Source: Deltaproteobacteria bacterium RIFCSPHIGHO2_01_FULL_43_49
Lineage (GTDB): Bacteria; UBA10199; SPLOWO2-01-44-7
Assembly (NCBI GenBank): GCA_001798075.1
Contig: MGRG01000005.1
Span: 1,148-65,147 of the forward strand
Direction: 5' to 3'
Length of the DNA stretch: 64,000 nucleotides
This document shows, piece by piece, positions 54,263-62,289 of this stretch; positions within the stretch are counted from its first letter, which is position 1, and each line of letters begins with the position of its first letter. Both the position numbers and the translations under genes were made by a program. A model generated the notes under the pieces. That model was not told where the DNA came from. It ran no database searches and saw nothing but the letters and a program-made list of their open reading frames with translations.

Positions 54263-54942
54263 AGGATGACGCTTGATGGAATGTTTTTGGGGTCACCAAA
54301 ATAGGCAACCCTCCCTTGATTCAAAACCATGGCCTTGTCACAAAGGGGTAAAACCTCATGATGATCGTGGGAGGCCAAAAGGAGGGTTAGACCCCCCTTT
54401 TTCCAGTTTTGGATGCAGCGGTTCATCAAGGTTTTGCCTTCCCGGTCCAGATTTGCATGGGGTTCATCTAACAAAACAAATTCAGGACTTTCTAAAAGGA
54501 TTCTTGCAAGGCTTAAGCGCTTTCGCATCCCGACAGAGAAAGAGGCGATCGGTTTTCCGCCCACCGCATTGAGCCCTACTTCAGCCATGGCCTCGCGAAG
54601 CTTTTTCACCAGAGGTTTTCGGCCCTTTATCACACAGGAAAATTTTAAATTTTCCTCAGCGGTCAGTGTCTTGTAAAGGCCCAGCTCGTGACCCAACCAC
54701 TCAACCTGATTTCTAATCTTGAGGGTGTTCTGTCTGATATCGAAACCCGCAATGGTTCCCCCTCCCGTCGTCGGCTCCAAAAGAGTGGCCAAGATTTTAA
54801 GGAGGGTTGATTTGCCACAACCATTGGGCCCCAAAATTGCGATACAATCTCCCTTGTTCGCTACAAGCCCAATATCCCTCAAAGCCCAATGAGTGGCAAA
54901 ACGTTGACTAATTCCCGTTAACTCAACGACTCTGGAATTCAT
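54259..54942 (-). CDS. ccmA: haem exporter ATP-binding protein CcmA
   Basis: Walker A (GPNGCGKSTLLK), the ABC signature (FSVGMRKRLSLAR) and Walker B (LLDEP) are all present. Confidence 0.85.
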   Translation of the reverse strand: MNSRVVELTGISQRFATHWALRDIGLVANKGDCIAILGPNGCGKSTLLKILATLLEPTTGGGTIAGFDIRQNTLKIRNQVEWLGHELGLYKTLTAEENLKFSCVIKGRKPLVKKLREAMAEVGLNAVGGKPIASFSVGMRKRLSLARILLESPEFVLLDEPHANLDREGKTLMNRCIQNWKKGGLTLLLASHDHHEVLPLCDKAMVLNQGRVAYFGDPKNIPSSVIL

Positions 54943-55028
54943 TTCGGCTGCCTATATAGACTTTTCATTCTTGATAGCAAGACCATTCTACTTTATAAGG
55001 TGTTGGGGTCCTAAAAAAAGGGGGGTCT

Positions 55029-55322
55029 ATGTATGGTTTTGGACATTCTGGGTTTTATTCCTTTGAGCCACACATCGCTGTCTTTTTGGGATTGATGGCC
55101 TTAGGTTTCGGTTACTGGATTTTTATACAAGCCAAATCCGACACAAGTTGTTCCAAGTTAGGTAAATTTTTTGGGGTTTTGATATCCATTGTTGCGGCTT
55201 TGGGGCTCATCTGCATCCTTTATTTAAGCATCAAACGCTGTTGCATGGCTCCAAAGGGAGACTGGTACAAAAGCCATATGCAAATGATGGCACCACCTGA
55301 TGAAAATCATCCTGGTAAATGA
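55029..55322 (+). CDS. small hypothetical membrane protein
   Basis: The 97 aa product has two hydrophobic helices. Confidence 0.35.
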   Translation: MYGFGHSGFYSFEPHIAVFLGLMALGFGYWIFIQAKSDTSCSKLGKFFGVLISIVAALGLICILYLSIKRCCMAPKGDWYKSHMQMMAPPDENHPGK

Positions 55323-55411
55323 TTTCTATCATCTTTATATGAGGGCTTTTTTGTGGTTGTTTAGAATTCAGATATTAGAATTTAGGATTTTCCAAAAAAA
55401 AGGGGGGGATT

Positions 55412-56659
55412 ATGAAAAAATTTTTCTGTGTAGCAGGGCTGCTTTCTTTTTTATGCGTCTGGTTGTTTCCTTCCAGTGAAGCCCAAGCCGTTTCGCAATG
55501 GGCCCGAAAATACAAGATGAATTGCCAATCTTGTCACACGGCTTTTCCCAGACTTAACTATTTTGGCGAAAAATTTCAGCGCAATGGCTTCCAGCTTCCC
55601 GAGACAGAAGATGGAGACGAAAATAAGGAAAAACTAAGTGACACGGCTTTCATTGATAATCTTATCAATATGTTTGGTGTTCGTATTGCGGTCTCCCCGG
55701 CATCTATCACCACCAATGGGCTCACAAGACCGGATGGAACAGTGACTACCCGAACCAGCTTTGGTAACACCGATTGGGTCCAATTTTTCTCGGCTGGAAG
55801 TATTTTTAAAAATGCCTCCATTTTTATTGAGACAGAAATAACGAATACTGCCATCAAAAATAACTGGTTTACTCTGGGATATCACAACTTGTTTGGTCAT
55901 AGTCTTTTAAACCTCCGTGTTGGCAAACTAGGTGTCATGAATTGGGTTGGTCAAAGTGGGCGCTTGAGAATGATTCCAAACATCCAAGTGGAGGGTTGGA
56001 AAAATTTTCTGACCGCGGAGGGGACGACTTCAGCATCAACCACCTTGCAAGATCAGGTGGCTATGGGTGAACCCCAGCCTGGCATTGAGCTCTACGGTTA
56101 TAAGGGGCCTTTCCTTTATTCAGTAGGAGTTGTGAACGGGAATGCCTTGACGGACAACAACGAATTTAAAAACGTGTTTGGAACTCTGCGTCTGGAAGCA
56201 ACCGATGGACCCATCCAAGGAAGTTCCATCTCCGGGTGGGGCTATTGGGGAACAGACACGTTTAGTACCGTGCGCCGCAAAGATCGTTTCTATCGTGTCT
56301 CCGGTGCGGCCAACTTAAGATGGAAAAACTGGGATGTGATTGGCGCCTTTCTCCATGGACGGGACAGCGACTGGATTTTATCAACAGCCGCACCAAATCG
56401 AAACACAACTCACGCTGCCTCGGGGCAGGTGGGTTACTTGATCAATCCCAAGTGGTATGCAGCAGCTCAATATGATTATGTCACCGACACATTTAAGAAT
56501 ACGGCGACAACATCCAATTTTTATCACAAGGCGTCGCCTTCGATCTGGTTCATGCCAAGAGAAAACATGCGAATTGGATTGGTCCAGCGCTTTGAATTTA
56601 AGGGAAGAGCGGGTGGCAGACAGCATGAATTTCTCGTTCATGCAAGGGCCATGTTTTAA
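55412..56659 (+). CDS. Cyc2-like fused monohaem cytochrome c-porin (candidate outer-membrane Fe(II) oxidase)
   Basis: The product has a signal peptide and a single CQSCH within ~15 residues of the predicted mature N-terminus (ARKYKMNCQSCHTAFPRLNYFGEKF). The following ~370 aa have an amphipathic beta-strand character and end ...VHARAMF in a C-terminal Phe. Size (415 aa) and architecture match the Cyc2 family. Confidence 0.65.
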   Translation: MKKFFCVAGLLSFLCVWLFPSSEAQAVSQWARKYKMNCQSCHTAFPRLNYFGEKFQRNGFQLPETEDGDENKEKLSDTAFIDNLINMFGVRIAVSPASITTNGLTRPDGTVTTRTSFGNTDWVQFFSAGSIFKNASIFIETEITNTAIKNNWFTLGYHNLFGHSLLNLRVGKLGVMNWVGQSGRLRMIPNIQVEGWKNFLTAEGTTSASTTLQDQVAMGEPQPGIELYGYKGPFLYSVGVVNGNALTDNNEFKNVFGTLRLEATDGPIQGSSISGWGYWGTDTFSTVRRKDRFYRVSGAANLRWKNWDVIGAFLHGRDSDWILSTAAPNRNTTHAASGQVGYLINPKWYAAAQYDYVTDTFKNTATTSNFYHKASPSIWFMPRENMRIGLVQRFEFKGRAGGRQHEFLVHARAMF

Positions 56660-56696
56660 TAAAAGGGAAAACTGGAATCTCTAGCAAACTACATGC

Positions 56697-57740
56697 TTAG
56701 CTTGAGAAAATAGGGGAGAATCGGCACTGTCTTCTTTGCCATTCTTCTACTAAAGAAGTCATAGACTGTTGGAGCATTTCTTCGGCAAGGAGGCCTTCTT
56801 GTTTTCTAAAAGACAAGTTTTTGTCAGCGATCGTTTTCAAATCATCCACATTATATAAATAGACATTGTCTAGAGTTCCTACCTCCGGATCAATGTTACG
56901 AGGAACACCCAAATCAATTAAAATCGATGGTTCCGGCCTTTCTAAACAACCTTTCGATAAAAGCATCTTTTTTGAAATAATGTGGGCATTCGCTGCTGTT
57001 GATGTCACAACAACATTTGCGTGGGGCAATATTTCCTCCAATTTATCAAAAGGGACCACTTGGGCTGCTAGACGGCCGGCAAGCTTTTCTGCCAAATTAC
57101 GAGTCCTGTTAGCAACGATCAATTTCTTAACCCCTCGTTTTTTCAAAAGCTCTGCGGCTTGAACACCCATTTCCCCTAACCCTACAACCAAAACTGTGAG
57201 GGGATCGAAAGACCCAAAAATTTGCTCTATCAACATGATTGAAACGGAACTAACGGAAGTGGGATACCTCGCAATTCCTGTATTTGTCCGAATTCGTTTG
57301 GCAATCTGAAAAGCCTTTTGAAAAATAAAATGAATGTTGGAATCCGCAACATCGACTGCCAGGGTTTGCATGTAGGCCTGTTTGACCTGACCTAAAACTT
57401 GCGTCTCTCCTAACACAAGCGAATCAAGTCCGGTTGCAACTTTTATAAGATGCTGAAGTGCCTCTTTATTTCGATAAACATAGTTTGGAAAGGGATTTTC
57501 ATCTTTCAGATTTAGAAAATCTTTCCAATAAGCCATTAAATCCGAGGTGCTCGTTTGTTCTTGCAATGAAACATAGATTTCAACGCGGTTACAGGTGGCC
57601 AAATAGCAAGCACCACTGACTTGAGCTAAAGAACACAGCCCTTTCAAGAACACCGGCACTTGCGGTGGGGGCAGTATCCAACGCTCCCTTTCTCCAATGG
57701 AGCTGCCTTTGAAATTATAACCTAGAACGATTAGTTCCAT
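56697..57740 (-). CDS. hemA: glutamyl-tRNA reductase
   Basis: CNRVEIY, GETQVLGQVKQAY and the NAD-binding VVGLGEMGVQAAELL are HemA motifs. Confidence 0.85.
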   Translation of the reverse strand: MELIVLGYNFKGSSIGERERWILPPPQVPVFLKGLCSLAQVSGACYLATCNRVEIYVSLQEQTSTSDLMAYWKDFLNLKDENPFPNYVYRNKEALQHLIKVATGLDSLVLGETQVLGQVKQAYMQTLAVDVADSNIHFIFQKAFQIAKRIRTNTGIARYPTSVSSVSIMLIEQIFGSFDPLTVLVVGLGEMGVQAAELLKKRGVKKLIVANRTRNLAEKLAGRLAAQVVPFDKLEEILPHANVVVTSTAANAHIISKKMLLSKGCLERPEPSILIDLGVPRNIDPEVGTLDNVYLYNVDDLKTIADKNLSFRKQEGLLAEEMLQQSMTSLVEEWQRRQCRFSPIFSS

Positions 57741-57812
57741 TGATATATCAATCTAACAAACTTGAGCTGCGCGGGCAACCTGATTTTATCCACTTTTCGA
57801 TCAAACAGCCTT

Positions 57813-58199
57813 TCACAAAAAGCGTTTTTGTTTTAAAAAATCGATTATAACGGACTTTGGAACAAAAAAGATCTCAACATCTGTTTTGGCAGTGGCTGTG
57901 GCACAGTGAGGCGTATTGGTCAAAAGATGAAATAAGCCAAATAGGCCATTTCTATAACCTGCAGAGATCGGTAAATGTTCATTTTTTCCCTCCATACCGA
58001 CTCGGGATAGGGCGATTTCACCCTTTTTTAAAGTATAGAAACCATATGTGTGGTGGCCTTCGTAAAAAATGACATGCCCCTTTTTGAAGTGCATAACCCC
58101 GCCTTGAGGAATGAGATCATCCAAATGAATTTGAACCTCTTTGGTGACCTTTTGTTCCCAGGGGGTAACACCGCAACAAATGTCTTGATGAATATCCAT
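57813..58199 (-). CDS. cyclic nucleotide-binding domain protein
   Basis: The 128 aa product has a cNMP-binding beta-barrel pattern (FKKGHVIFYEGHHTYGFYTLKKGEIAL) and no DNA-binding domain. Confidence 0.55.
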   Translation of the reverse strand: MDIHQDICCGVTPWEQKVTKEVQIHLDDLIPQGGVMHFKKGHVIFYEGHHTYGFYTLKKGEIALSRVGMEGKNEHLPISAGYRNGLFGLFHLLTNTPHCATATAKTDVEIFFVPKSVIIDFLKQKRFL

Positions 58200-58277
58200 C
58201 CATTAAAAAGCTAACCTAAATACGAGGTCTACTGATATGATTGAGCACAGACTAAAATATGATATAAATCAGCCTTT

Positions 58278-59636
58278 ATGAAGATTCAGTTTTTGGGAGC
58301 AGCGGGGACCGTAACCGGCTCAAAATATCTCTTGTCGGTGGATCAAAGCCACTTTTTAATTGATTGTGGACTCTTCCAGGGGCTTAAAGAGTGGCGCCTC
58401 AAAAACTGGGAATCGCTTCCCGTTAACCCCGAGCAAATTCAGGCGGTCATTTTAACCCATGCTCACTTGGATCATAGCGGTTATCTGCCTGTGCTTGTTA
58501 AAAATGGTTTTAAAGGAAAAATTTATACAACAACAGCCAGCAAAGCCCTCTGTGAAATTTTGCTTCCCGATGCCGGTTATTTACAAGAAGAAGATGCTGC
58601 CTTTGCCAATAAACACCATTTTTCAAAACACAAACCGGCATTTCCTCTTTATACAGAAGAAGAGGCTCGCCAAACAATTCCCTATATTGAATCGGTGAGT
58701 TGGGATCAAAAAATTCCGATCTCCAAAGATTGTTTTGCTATTTTCAAACGGGCGGGTCATATTTTGGGAGCAAGTATTGTTCAATTATTTGCCAATGGAC
58801 GGGTAATTACTTTTTCAGGTGACCTGGGCCGTCAAAAAACATTGACTGTCGAGCCCCCAAAAAAAATTTCCAAAACCGATTATCTTGTTGTGGAATCGAC
58901 TTATGGCGACAAACTCCATCCAACAGAAGACCCCAAAGAGACATTGAAAAGATTCATCGGGGAAGCGGTCGCCAAGAAAGGAATTTTGCTCATCCCTGCT
59001 TTTGCGGTAGGAAGGGCCCAACAAATCCTTTTCGTATTGAGTCAGCTTAAAAAATCGAATGCGATTCCTTCTATTCCAATTTATCTCAACAGTCCCATGG
59101 CTCAAGAAGCAACACGTATTTTCTGCCAATTTGACAAGGAGCAAGCCTTAACACCAACAGAATGCAAGCAGATGTGTGAAGCAGCAAAGTTTGTCTCTTC
59201 TGTTCAAGAGTCCAAAAATCTTAATGCCTTGCGTGGGCCTGCTATCGTGATTGCGGCAAGTGGCATGGCAACAGGAGGTAGAGTCTTGCACCATCTTAAA
59301 TTTTTGGCACCGAACCCCCGCAACATGATTGTCTTTGCTGGTTTTCAAGCAGCCGGCACCAGAGGGGAGGCTATGATTCACGGCGCCAAAGAAATTAAAA
59401 TTCATGGGGAACAGGTCCCCGTTCGTGCTCAAGTCAAAGTCATCAACACCCTTTCCGCCCACGCCGACCAGGAAGAAATTATGACTTGGCTCAAAGGTTT
59501 TTCAAAACCACCGAAGCAAACCTTTATCACTCATGGTGAGATCAATGCCAGCAATGCATTAAAAAAACGTATTGAGTTAGATTTACACTGGCAATGTGAA
59601 ACACCCCAGTATCTTCAAGAATACAAGCTGAATTGA
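58278..59636 (+). CDS. MBL-fold beta-CASP family RNA-metabolising hydrolase
   Basis: The HAHLDHSGYLP motif (HxHxDH), GHILGAS, and a C-terminal beta-CASP region with SAHAD are present. Confidence 0.8.
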   Translation: MKIQFLGAAGTVTGSKYLLSVDQSHFLIDCGLFQGLKEWRLKNWESLPVNPEQIQAVILTHAHLDHSGYLPVLVKNGFKGKIYTTTASKALCEILLPDAGYLQEEDAAFANKHHFSKHKPAFPLYTEEEARQTIPYIESVSWDQKIPISKDCFAIFKRAGHILGASIVQLFANGRVITFSGDLGRQKTLTVEPPKKISKTDYLVVESTYGDKLHPTEDPKETLKRFIGEAVAKKGILLIPAFAVGRAQQILFVLSQLKKSNAIPSIPIYLNSPMAQEATRIFCQFDKEQALTPTECKQMCEAAKFVSSVQESKNLNALRGPAIVIAASGMATGGRVLHHLKFLAPNPRNMIVFAGFQAAGTRGEAMIHGAKEIKIHGEQVPVRAQVKVINTLSAHADQEEIMTWLKGFSKPPKQTFITHGEINASNALKKRIELDLHWQCETPQYLQEYKLN

Positions 59637-59643
59637 ATAGATC

Positions 59644-60570
59644 CTATGAATCCCCCTTGAGAAACTTTCTTCTTCTTTCTGCCTGTTTTTTGGGACAAAA
59701 ACTAAGGACATTGACCGGTGAATATCTCACCACAAGCTCCGCAACACTTCCCATCAACAGATGGCTCAAACCCGTGTGCCCGTGTGTCGGTATCAAAATA
59801 ATGTCCGAATCGGTTCGCTTTGCAGCTTTTGATATCTCATCAACAACGGGACCCATGGAAATATAAGGCTCGATTTTTAGTGAGCGGTGTCTGGTAATGA
59901 TCGACTGTAATTTGCGCATCGCTGTTCTCTTGGCTTTCTTTGCATGATCAGAAAAACCGATAACGTGCGCCAAAGTCAGATTACATTCGACCTGTTTGCT
60001 TAGATGAACACCCAACAACAAGGCTTCTTCCGTAAACTTCGAAAAATCGGTGGGAATCAAAACCCCTCTAATCTTTTTGGGCGGAAGGTTGGGGGGTCTT
60101 TTGGCAATCAAGACCGGCACCGGCGAATAACGCACCACATTTTCAGCCACACTCCCTAAAAAGATGTGCTTTAAGCCTTTTCTCCCATGAGTTCCCACGA
60201 TGACCAAATCGGGCTTTTCCTTTTGAATAATTCGCAAAATGGTGGGAATGGTTTGCCCAATCCGAATGTTTATTGCCACACGTCCAAGGCCTGGCAATGT
60301 GCTTTTATCCAAAAATTGGCGAACGGATTCATAAGCCCCTAGTTGTTTTTGAATGATTTTCTTGATTTCACGGCTTTTCACTGTCTGTTTTTCCTCGAGA
60401 AGAAAATCCCTTCCAGCAACATAAAAAAATTTTAGATGAGACCCAAAATAAGCGCTGAAATTAACCCCCCAATCGAGAGCTTTTTTGCTGGCATCCGATA
60501 GATCATGAAAAATAATAATTTTTTTTAACATAAAAAGTCCTCCGATAACTCCTTCATACACGACCGACAA
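59644..60570 (-). CDS. tandem universal stress protein (UspA) domain protein
   Basis: Two Usp domains each end in a G-x2-G-x9-G-S motif (VGTHGRKGLKHIFLGSVAENVV and IPTHGHTGLSHLLMGSVAELVV). Confidence 0.75.
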   Translation of the reverse strand: MSVVYEGVIGGLFMLKKIIIFHDLSDASKKALDWGVNFSAYFGSHLKFFYVAGRDFLLEEKQTVKSREIKKIIQKQLGAYESVRQFLDKSTLPGLGRVAINIRIGQTIPTILRIIQKEKPDLVIVGTHGRKGLKHIFLGSVAENVVRYSPVPVLIAKRPPNLPPKKIRGVLIPTDFSKFTEEALLLGVHLSKQVECNLTLAHVIGFSDHAKKAKRTAMRKLQSIITRHRSLKIEPYISMGPVVDEISKAAKRTDSDIILIPTHGHTGLSHLLMGSVAELVVRYSPVNVLSFCPKKQAERRRKFLKGDS

Positions 60571-61318
60571 TATCCTTCAAGAGATATCCTATCAAGTAAG
60601 CCAGTCCAGAAGCAACACCACCAATTGCCAACGTCTCGAGACCCGCGAGATACCACCTCTCGGTTACGAACCGGCCCTTCACAGCACCTACAGTGAAAAA
60701 TGCAATGCCCGTTAAAACAGAGCTATAGAAAAAGGGACGAGATAAATGAACATGTGTCACCACTTCGTAGACAAAAGTGAGAATGGGTAAAGATCCAAAA
60801 AGAACAAAGGCGGCAAAGGTTGACAATGCCGCTTTCGATGGTGAAGGGGACTCCAAGGTCATCCCCAATTCTTCTTTCAACATCGTTTCTTCCCATAATT
60901 TTTCATCAGCCGTGATGATTTTCACTGCCTTTTCCAAATCAACACCTTTAAAACCTTTTTTTGCAAAAATTTGTCGGACCTCTTCTTTTTCCCCTTCAGG
61001 AAAGGTGGCGATGTGATTGCGTTCCCTATCGCGGGCTTTCTCCTTTTGTTGTCGTTCAGTCCGAGTGGACACGAAATTGCCGACCGCCATGCTAAAACCA
61101 TCCCCCACCAAATTGGCCAGACCGAGGATGACAACGATACCTGCAGAAAGATTGGCCCCAATGACACCCGCAACCACAGCAAAGGTCGTGACGATTCCGT
61201 CAATGGCGCCGTAAACGAAATCACGCAGATAACTGTGAGCCGGTTTCATTTCGAGACGTTCTCGAATGGCCTCCGGCGTATGAGATTCCCGAAGATGTCT
61301 TAATAATTCATCCACCAT
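60554..61318 (-). CDS. VIT1/CCC1-family iron/manganese transporter
   Basis: The motif LRDFVYGAIDGIVTTFAVVAGVIGANL and the five-TM pattern of the VIT family are present. Confidence 0.8.
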   Translation of the reverse strand: MVDELLRHLRESHTPEAIRERLEMKPAHSYLRDFVYGAIDGIVTTFAVVAGVIGANLSAGIVVILGLANLVGDGFSMAVGNFVSTRTERQQKEKARDRERNHIATFPEGEKEEVRQIFAKKGFKGVDLEKAVKIITADEKLWEETMLKEELGMTLESPSPSKAALSTFAAFVLFGSLPILTFVYEVVTHVHLSRPFFYSSVLTGIAFFTVGAVKGRFVTERWYLAGLETLAIGGVASGLAYLIGYLLKDIVGRV

Positions 61319-61326
61319 TTAGATTT

Positions 61327-62085
61327 ATGGAACCATTTGACACATTTTACAATATTCCCTATAGCTTCGGCTCCATGATTAAATCTCCTTCATTGAATTG
61401 TCAAACCTGCAAAAGCAGGGGACAGAGCGTTTTTTGCGATTTGAGCGAGGATCATCTTAAAGAAATTGATGCCTGTAAAACAACCAATAAGTACAAAACA
61501 CATCAAATCATCTTCTACGAAGGGAACAAACCCCATGGTCTTTACTGCGTTGCCTCCGGAAAGGTGAAAGTTTACAAAATGGATAAAGAAGGTCATCAGC
61601 AAATTGTGCGTCTTGCGGGACCGGGAGATATTGTGGGCTACAGAAGTCTTTTGGCCGATCAAAACTACTCCGCGACTGCGGAAACTTTGGAAGAGGCCGA
61701 TATCTGTTTCGTCGATAAAAAAACTTTTTTTCATGTTTTGGAAACGCACCCCGTAACGGCGTTTCATGTCATGTCTGCTTTGGCTCAAGACCTTGAAAAG
61801 GCGGAAAAAAAATTGATCGACATGGCCCACAAAAATATTCGAGAACGACTGGCGGAATTGCTACTGGTTTTTCAGAAAAAATATGGGGAAAAGTCTGGAA
61901 ACGGAGTTCATCTTAAAATCTCGCTGACCCGCGAAGAACTGGCAGAAATGATCGGCACCACACAAGAATCGGTCATCCGTTTAATTACGGAATTCAAAAA
62001 TGACGGGCTCATTCAAGTCGATGGTCGTGACATTACCCTTCTGAATGTCAAAAAGTTGGTCGAGACAGCAAACCTCCCGGAGTAA
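61327..62085 (+). CDS. Crp/Fnr-family transcriptional regulator with N-terminal Cys cluster (FNR-like)
   Basis: The N-terminal NCQTCKSRGQSVFC is followed by a cNMP-binding-like beta-barrel and a C-terminal HTH (LTREELAEMIGTTQESVIRLITEFKNDGLI). The start may be the internal Met at 61375. Confidence 0.8.
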   Translation: MEPFDTFYNIPYSFGSMIKSPSLNCQTCKSRGQSVFCDLSEDHLKEIDACKTTNKYKTHQIIFYEGNKPHGLYCVASGKVKVYKMDKEGHQQIVRLAGPGDIVGYRSLLADQNYSATAETLEEADICFVDKKTFFHVLETHPVTAFHVMSALAQDLEKAEKKLIDMAHKNIRERLAELLLVFQKKYGEKSGNGVHLKISLTREELAEMIGTTQESVIRLITEFKNDGLIQVDGRDITLLNVKKLVETANLPE

Positions 62086-62289
62086 TCAAAACTGATTTAT
62101 ATCATATCCTCGCCTGATCTTGCGCATAGTCATTCTTTTTGTCCTCCCTTAAAAGTTAACTCATCCCGAACCCCCTTTTTCTAAAGATCCTTAGAATCCA
62201 TGAAAGGGGAGTCGAAAAGGTAGGGTTGGAAACGACTTTGCCTCCCGAACTCGCCAATGTTTTAGTGGCGGGGAAATTGGAAAGGGAAG

